A stretch of DNA of 64,000 bases from Rhodosorus marinus CCMP1338 (lineage: Eukaryota > Plantae > Rhodophyta). Within the stretch, counting starts at the first letter, position 1. Every line of letters begins with the position of its first letter. The stretch spans positions 496,001 to 560,000 of the forward strand of contig JAMWBK010000006.1 in the NCBI GenBank assembly GCA_029953675.1. Direction: 5' to 3'. The position numbers and the translations under genes are program-made. The notes under the pieces are model-generated. The model saw only the letters and a program-made list of their open reading frames with translations. It was not told where the DNA came from and searched no databases. Of the stretch, positions 56,899 to 64,000 are shown one piece after another.

Positions 56899-58661
56899 AG
56901 AATAAACGCCCAGCCGGTAGATATGAGACTTGACGGTTTTCGTGCGCACCAATGGCGACTTCTTAAGAGTCCTACAACTGTGAGGACGAGATGGACCACA
57001 GTAGGATTCCCGTTAGCAACCGCGTGTTTCTTTTTGCACCAACTGTGAGTGAGCCAGACGGCCACTACGAAGGCCCTTGAAGAAGGAATTCTTTGATGGA
57101 CGTTCGCTGAAGAGCCCAAGGTATGATGCCTGAACGCGTTCTTTATTCTGGAATTTACTATGGAATGTGTAATCAACTTCTGGCTAAGACTTGCGATGCC
57201 CATAGTTCAGCGGAAAACGGGATTCTTGATGACTGCTTGTATAGATAAATATTGCGAGCCAGCATTATCTTGCAGAAACGGGCAAATGATCAAATGAGAA
57301 GGCTTGACTCTTAGAGTGACCAGTTTAGCAACCCTCTGGCTCAAATACCTCAACAGCCTGCAGGAACGATTGAACAGTGGCCCCGCATCTTGGGAGGGAG
57401 CTGGGACGGGCTCACTTGGATTTGTCATTGTTGGAAACATTTTCTTTCTTGAGCAAGCTCTGATCGTCATGGGCTCTGCGCAAAACGCGGTCAGAAATCA
57501 CGACTTTCTGAAATACTCGACATGGAGGGTGGGTAGCAGACGGTCAAGAGGACACCTTGCATGATTGACGATCACACTCGGGGTGCAATCCATTTCAATC
57601 AGAATGACCTTTCTGATAGAAATCTTAAGTGCACCGCCGTGAGAACACGATCACCCAGTGCCCCAAAATTCCTTTCGAACCGAGCTCTTAGACATCGAGC
57701 ATTCCACGAGTCCCGTTCTTCCAACAGAGGTTCCCCCGCAACCCTCAACCAAAAAAAGAAACTACCTAGATCAAGACATAATTCGACCTACATGAACAAA
57801 ATTCGAGAACATTTTCCATCTTTTTAGAAGTTTATCCTACGCTTGGCTATCTTTAGAAACCAAATCTACCCCAAAAAAGGAAAATGAACAATGGAAACAA
57901 AATAGAGTTCACAGCCCGGTTAGAAAATTCCTTTTTTTCTATGGAAGAAAAGATCGACGCGGGACAGAAATATCCGGTGTACCCTCTGTTACCCATCCCA
58001 CGTGAAAAAAGTTGTGGTTTCTGGATTTTTCATAAGAAAAACCAATTCCCGGTTAACCAATCCCTGAACCACAACAACAAGCTTTGGCCTTAAAAAACTT
58101 TTTATTAGAGGATTAAATGGTTTTGAGAACGAGAACATTGGCTGGGTAAACGAATGGCTGAAACTTGTTTGCCGTCGGTCGATATCGGAGGATGGATGTC
58201 TTCTTTTTTGTGTGTTTTTTTGTTTTTTGTCAATTTATTCAGTGAATTTTCATTTTTCTTGGAAGTCAGAAATCGATGGTGGCGCGGAATTGATGTCATC
58301 GAATGATTTCGATATGTTGGGGAGGCTCTGAATGGAAGAGATGATGTTTTTGTTTTTTGTTTTTCTGTTTTTGCTTCGTTGGATTTTGGGGGATGTGTGA
58401 TGAAGCCTACTGGAAACTTCGGATATTCTTTCTTTGTTTTTTCTTTTGTTTTGGCGCATGATGAAGGGGAGGTATCGCGGGCAGAATGGACTTCGAAGAT
58501 ATACTTATAAAGCATGAACTGAGCAAATGTCTGTTAAGGTAGTGTGGAGGGGGAGGGGAGCGGAGGAGAGTGGCAGTGAAATTTCGGGAGTTCGGGAGGG
58601 GAGGAGTAGGATCTTTGTAGGTATATTCGCAGTGTGAGGAGAAAGTCTTTTTTATTGAACG

Positions 58662-59265
58662 ATGGCGTTTGTTGTGGGTGGGTTCACTGGATTGAATGGC
58701 CGGTCTGGCGCTCGTGCGGTTTCGAGAAGAGCCGCCGGTGTTGTTATGATGGCCTCGTCCGAGAAGCTTGCGGCGGATGTGGATCTTAAGAAAATGTCGT
58801 TGAAGGATTGGGAGAGAGTGCTGACGCCGGAGCAGTTTAGGGTTCTCAGGATGAAGGGAACGGAGTACCCGGGGACGGGAGAGTACAACAAGTTCTTTCC
58901 TACGGCGGGAACTTTTGCATGCGCTGGGTGTGGAAATCCCCTGTTTGACGCGGAGACCAAGTTTAACTCCGGCTCCGGTTGGCCCGCGTTCTACGATGTG
59001 ATCGAGGATAATGTGAAGGAAGTGCCTGATATTGATGGCAGCCGAATCGAGATTTTGTGCAACAATTGTGGTGAGTTTGACTGCGAGCCCAAGCACTTCA
59101 ATAAGTTAAAAAGTTTATTTCGGACGCTGAACCCGTACTTGCAACTTGTTCTTGAATGAAACAGATGGTCATCTCGGCCACGTGTTCAAAAACGAAGGAT
59201 TTCCGACCCCGAAGCCCAACCGCCACTGCGTTAACTCGGCATGCCTCGAGTACAGGGAGAACTAG
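58662..59265 (+). CDS. msrB: Plastid-targeted methionine-R-sulfoxide reductase B (Zn-binding), 2 exons
   Basis: MAFVVGG transit peptide, LTPEQFRVLRMKGTE, CAGC, KFNSGSGWPAF and RIEILCNNC. After an intron: DGHLGHVFKNEGF....RHCVNS, stop at 59263-59265. Confidence 0.95.
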
Positions 59266-59680
59266 CGCCTCAAACTTATGTATAGCCCAGCTAGTCGAAA
59301 GAATCAACTTAATACACTCTGATAAAGCTCAGAAGCTAACCCATAACAAAACCCAAAATTTTGGACATTCAGTGAGAGGCAGCAATGGCAGTCCTACGTT
59401 CCCATAGCCGTACAACGACGAGACTCGGGGGGGGCTTTTTCCTCTTCCCTTTGAGCGGAATTTCTCCTTGGAAAAGACCGTCGAGATGCCCTCAAGCAGT
59501 TGTTCTCAGCACCGCTGCAATCTTGCGCGGTACTATTTAATCGTACCGCCGTAAAAAGTGGATACAGTTTGGCATAGTACAAAGACAACCCGGGCACCAT
59601 CCCATCATTGTCCACCGTTCACGCTGGCCCAATATAGCTGGCAGAGATCGACCACTCATCCTAGCTTCTCCAGGCGCACA

Positions 59681-60946
59681 CTACTCTACCTCTTCTAAAA
59701 CGCTCAACAGCGTCTGCTCGTATGCTCCCACCATGTGATTCATAAGCATTGTATCTGAAACCATCAGCTCGCTCAGAGTTCCTGGTTTCACCAATCTGAA
59801 GTCGTCTTTGCCCCACATCCAGTAGATTTGTCCGGGTAGCTGGAGGTCCTCCGAATCAGGTCGTTTCGAGAATCGACCTTGCATCTTGTCCTCAAGAAAC
59901 TCAACAGGATTAGCACAATTTAGCGCCCTCCATCTATCCATCCAGCCAACTCTGTGCAAAATCCAACATTCACAAGTCCACACTTAACTTCCAGAACCCT
60001 GTTGAAGTCTGTGTCGGCTTCTAATCCATTTGTCTTCTGTACAATCTTACCTATCTAGCATTCTGAGGTGCTCAAAAATCTTTCCCACCCTCGCAAAGGA
60101 AAGGGTTGGTACTACATCATCGCGATTTACAAAACAGTTAATTTGGTTGCACACTCGAGGAACCAGTTTCCTAATACCCTTGAAGACCGGCGGTGACGCA
60201 TAGGCCCAGCAGGATATGTCGGTTTTTCTTCTGAAATTTGACTCTAGCTGGTCCGTCAGCAGATGAAGGGCCGTAAGGATTGCAATACCCCCGCCAAGGC
60301 TGTGTCCAACGATCTTCAAGCTGTATCCATCGGGTAGGATCTTCTTCACGTATGTGCCCAGATGATTCCACAAGGATCTTGCGGAGCTTGCCATCCCCTC
60401 ATGAGCATATCCCCCACCGAAAGGCCAAGGTCGACAAACCAGGTTTGTATACACGTCAGAAAAGCTCATGGTTCCCCTTACGGCAACAACGAGAGATCGA
60501 CTGGCGTGGTCAAGAAGAATGAAATGCCGTGGTACCTCCGGTCGCAAATCATTTCCTAAGCTGATCTTGACAATGCTCTCCGGGTCCAGTTTGCCTTTCG
60601 CTGCAACCAAATCCACTTCCAGCAGTGAACCTGAACGAGCAGACACCTTTAGCTTGTTCTTAGCTCCCATTGCATAAGTTGCACCAGAGATCCGCAGCAT
60701 TTTCAGGGAGTTTCGTATGAAATCCGCATCAGGAGACATCACTCCTTCTCTACTCGCCATTTTAGAGTTCAACCGCTCTCGATGTGCAGCACGCAGGACG
60801 GGAAGATGAAAAACAGACGGAATACCAATCCTTCCATGGTTCCTCCTTGCCTCCCCGATCAATTCCCCAGCCTGTCTTAAAATTACAGGCACAGATCCAC
60901 CTCCGTTTGGATTCCAAGCATTTCTACACATTCCCGGAGAAGCCAT
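59681..60946 (-). CDS. Class-3 lipase (DAG lipase-like), 2 exons; 5' end uncertain
   Basis: VVAVRGTMSFSDVYTNL, AHEGMASSA, the nucleophile elbow IVGHSLGGG, YASPP, FVNRDDVVP and, after an intron (about 60050-59952), LPGQIYW...MNHMVGAY. Confidence 0.88.
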
Positions 60947-63758
60947 CACTCCTCAGAACAAAAAAATAGCCACAACACACCACCACAGCAACCCCGACCC
61001 TTCCCTTCCAAAAAGGTCTCAGCAACAACAAGAACAACCCAACGCCAGTCAAGCCCCGTCACGAAATATCTCGAGTTCACATCGTCTTCATTTCCAAAAA
61101 AATATCTCTCTCCCCCCCCCCCCCAAACTCAACCCATCCAAGTACAAGCAGGCTCCTCGTTCAGCTACTCCAGTCCAACCTCATTCCGTCCAAACATCCA
61201 CCAGACCAAAACCCTCCGCCGGTCTTCATTCCAATACTCCCTCCCTCCCAACAGCTAAGTACTTATCCAATCCCGGCTTAGGCCATTTGGGCTCCTCGCT
61301 CTCAATCAGTTCCTCCTACTCCCCAGGGGTTCAACAAACTCGTTAAGCACTCGCAGATACTTAATCCGACGCAAAATTTAGATACATATATATAATTTCC
61401 TCCTTTCAACACGAATCCCCCCCCCTTCTCCCTGCGAAGGAAAAAAATTCCCCCCTTGGCTTTATTCGGGCAAGATAGATACTTAGTCTGAACACAAAAA
61501 AATAAAAAATATATATATATATATCTATATATGTTCATATGGAACTTCCTACCTTTCCAGCTGCCCCCAGCTGAACGCCCATCCTCGTGTAGCAGATGGA
61601 CCAAAAAGAATAGCAAAATCACCCAACTGTAGTCTTTTTTTTTAAGGGTTAGACATCCCAAAGTCAACACACAGCGCGGGCAGCGGAAGCCACGGGATGT
61701 CCAGGAGCTGACGACAGAGCTGGTGATTAGTTGGAACACGGGGTAAACTCAGTTTGGGCTTACGAAAACAACCTATAGTTGCATTTTGGAGGATTAGGTT
61801 TTTTACTCAGATTCGCGTGTCTTACCCTTGGCTTGTTAATAATTTCCAACCTTTCTGTTCTTGCCTTTGAGTAATCGTGAATCGATTGGGTGACGGATTG
61901 GAAGCTAAGGCTTGCTGAACTTTGTACGAGAGGGTCAATGAGAAGTATGAACCCCCCAGGAACCCCGAGTTACTCCGAACATCTCGTTCTTTCATCTGGT
62001 ACTCTGGGCGCTTTCAGCAAAGGAAAGACTGGGTGGAGGACCTGTTACGTGAGGAGCATCACAGCGAACAGTCCGCCAGCTCGGGCTTTTCGGGTGTGTG
62101 ACGATCATAAGAGAAGTCTTTTGCTGCGGACATAATGGTTACTAAGATTCAGTTCTACCCGTGCAATGGGAGCATCAAAGCTGACTCATACAAACTTCGA
62201 CATTGAACTTGTTTTCTTGTTTTTTCCATTGTTTCGAGAGGTCCGTAATTTAAGGTAACTTGAAGTTCTTATTTTGAGCTATGGATTCTTATTTTATCCT
62301 TTTTGTATATTTATTCGTGCTCTGCGTATTTATAGTATATTTTGGTTCTGACGGGGAATGTTTGGGGCTTACTTTACTCTAGGCTATTTTCACCCCAATT
62401 GAAATATCCCGTTTTTATTTTGACAAAAGTGTATCTCACGTGATATCTGCCAAATTCCACGCACTTACAAACTTACACCCAATTCCGGTTAAATGAGATG
62501 TAGAATTTACAATGTATTATGGTTGATTTCGGAAATAGATACACCAATTGTCCAATCTTGTGCTCCGATGTCACACGAGAGCAAGTAAAATCTAATTTTT
62601 AGGCTGTATTGTTATTTTTAATACTTATATAATTTACCATGTCCAATGAGACGTAAATATCATAAATTTGTGGATTCGATGATTGAAGTGATTGAGGGTG
62701 ACCTAGAGCATTGATTTTCCCTACTTTCTGAGTGGCGATCATCAAGCTTGGAGTTGGATTGGGGAGGTCATAGACGAAAGCATGGACATGTATGCGTTCC
62801 AGGGACTATTGCTGTGTGATAGTAGAGACGCTCAGAGGTATAAGCACTGATAGACTCAAGGACATGTAACATTTTTTGATCGAGCGTTTCAAGGCACGGT
62901 TATACAAGTCGCTTATGGAATTTAGAAAGCTGAGATTATCCGGTTCCGGGAGCATTCTCCGGGGGGATGGCTAAAGCACATGTACTGGGAATTTATGTGC
63001 GAACTAGGGGTAACCCCCTGCATTCCAAGGTTTCTAGCTACGTCAGAGTAATGGAATAGTGCCTGATCCTGGTGATCGGCAGGTAGCGCCAATGTGCAAT
63101 ATCAGCACTGTCCTACAAAGGCTTTGGTTGAGCTGCTCGTAGGCATCGGCAAAAGCTCCTTTTCATCGTTCAGAAAATGGTAGCATCTACCCCTGGATAA
63201 TTCTTCTGCTGGTATTCCCAGCCCCTAGAAAGGCCCAATACAAATGGCTACCCGATAACAACTGGAACGGATCATGTTCAGCCGCTCTGCCCTTCTACAG
63301 CAGCTCTACTCCTAACACACAAGAGATCTACCATTCAACAGCAGCTCTACGCTTCTACAGAACACATTCGACTTTGTTCGACATTGTCAGAGATCGGTAC
63401 TCCAAGAGCTTCTAGTGGATGGAAGCGGACCAGCATCGAGCACCTTGACGGATGCCCTAGACTCAATCAACCGCGACTAGGTTGCTCTTCACTGGCGTTG
63501 TAGTTCAAGGCCTTCATGCTCAAATCCAATAGTAACTTGTGAAGTGGACTAAACAGCCCTCAACACGTGTCTCGCGACGGCTTCTTCAACGTGCAAGTCG
63601 TCGTTTTTAGTGATGGTATGCAAACTGCTACAGAATCAGTTGTCCAAAATGGGCAACCGATCTTTGCTTCTGCGCACAGCAGGGGTAGCTACTTTTGATC
63701 AATCGAGTGGAACAGCTACACTTTTGAGCACCAGGACGTACGAAAACTAGCCAATGGG

Positions 63759-64000
63759 ATGATGAAGAGAAAGTACCAGACAACTATGGAGTCATTCATC
63801 AAGACCGCTGCCAACAGTGACGAGGGTTTAGAGGAGTACAATTTGAAGTGGAGTCGTGATGACGACGTCCTCTGGGCAGCTACGAAGAACTTTTCTCTCA
63901 AGGAGGAAGAAAAGGAACTAAAAGTTGCGGCTTATGATTTAGATGGAACCATAATAGGTACCAAATCTGGAAAAGCTGTTGGAAAGCATGCTCACGACTG
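63759..64000 (+). CDS. PNKP: Polynucleotide kinase 3'-phosphatase-like gene, 5' part (runs off the window)
   Basis: An open frame from ATG 63759 ends in KVAAYDLDGTIIGTKSGKAVGKHAHD(W), matching the PNK3P HAD motif I KVAxFDLDGTLIxTxSG...DW. Confidence 0.8.
   Translation, partial: MMKRKYQTTMESFIKTAANSDEGLEEYNLKWSRDDDVLWAATKNFSLKEEEKELKVAAYDLDGTIIGTKSGKAVGKHAHD

Noticed and set aside
58407-59096. 229-aa minus-strand ORF
   Set aside because: It is antisense to msrB and its G/T-rich leader.
62700-63060. Stop-interrupted frame faintly like copia integrase (VTFFDR...IIRFREHSPGG...ELGVT)
   Set aside because: Similarity is too weak to call without an HMM search.
1-64000. tRNA, rRNA, snRNA genes and non-canonical introns
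   Set aside because: I saw no T-loop/cloverleaf or snRNA signatures by eye, and every intron I modelled is GT-AG. tRNAscan-SE/Infernal would be needed to exclude RNA genes.

Overview
Gene-dense eukaryotic nuclear DNA with short GT-AG introns (mostly about 60-200 nt). Several proteins carry plastid-type transit peptides (MAFV..., ..GFV..), and there is a nuclear cyanobacterial-type ClpP, so a red alga (Rhodophyta) is likely; this is inference. The ORF track is intron-blind, so I rebuilt gene models by hand from splice sites. Recognisable genes in order: UTP18 (3' part), plastid ClpP, XPC/RAD4, a Ty1/copia relic, mTERF, RCC1-HECT (HERC-like) E3 ligase, a NUMOD3 protein with two Sld2/RecQL4-N-like modules, an ARID-SAP30 fusion, mitochondrial ATP synthase epsilon, a possible Nsl1/Mis14, COX6A, a bromodomain protein, MiaB/CDK5RAP1, aminoalcohol phosphotransferase, a DUF760 protein, eIF4E, maspardin with a CUE-like domain, an MLL/Trithorax-like SET protein with a 24-aa repeat, AP-3 sigma, MsrB, a class-3 lipase and the start of a PNKP-like gene. 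The most unusual items are two domain fusions that only appear after splicing: the plastid-targeted NUMOD3 + 2x Sld2/RecQL4-N protein (13.7-15.5 kb) and ARID + SAP30 Sin3-binding domain (19.6-20.7 kb). I saw no rRNA, tRNA or CRISPR. Family assignments come from remembered motifs, not database searches.
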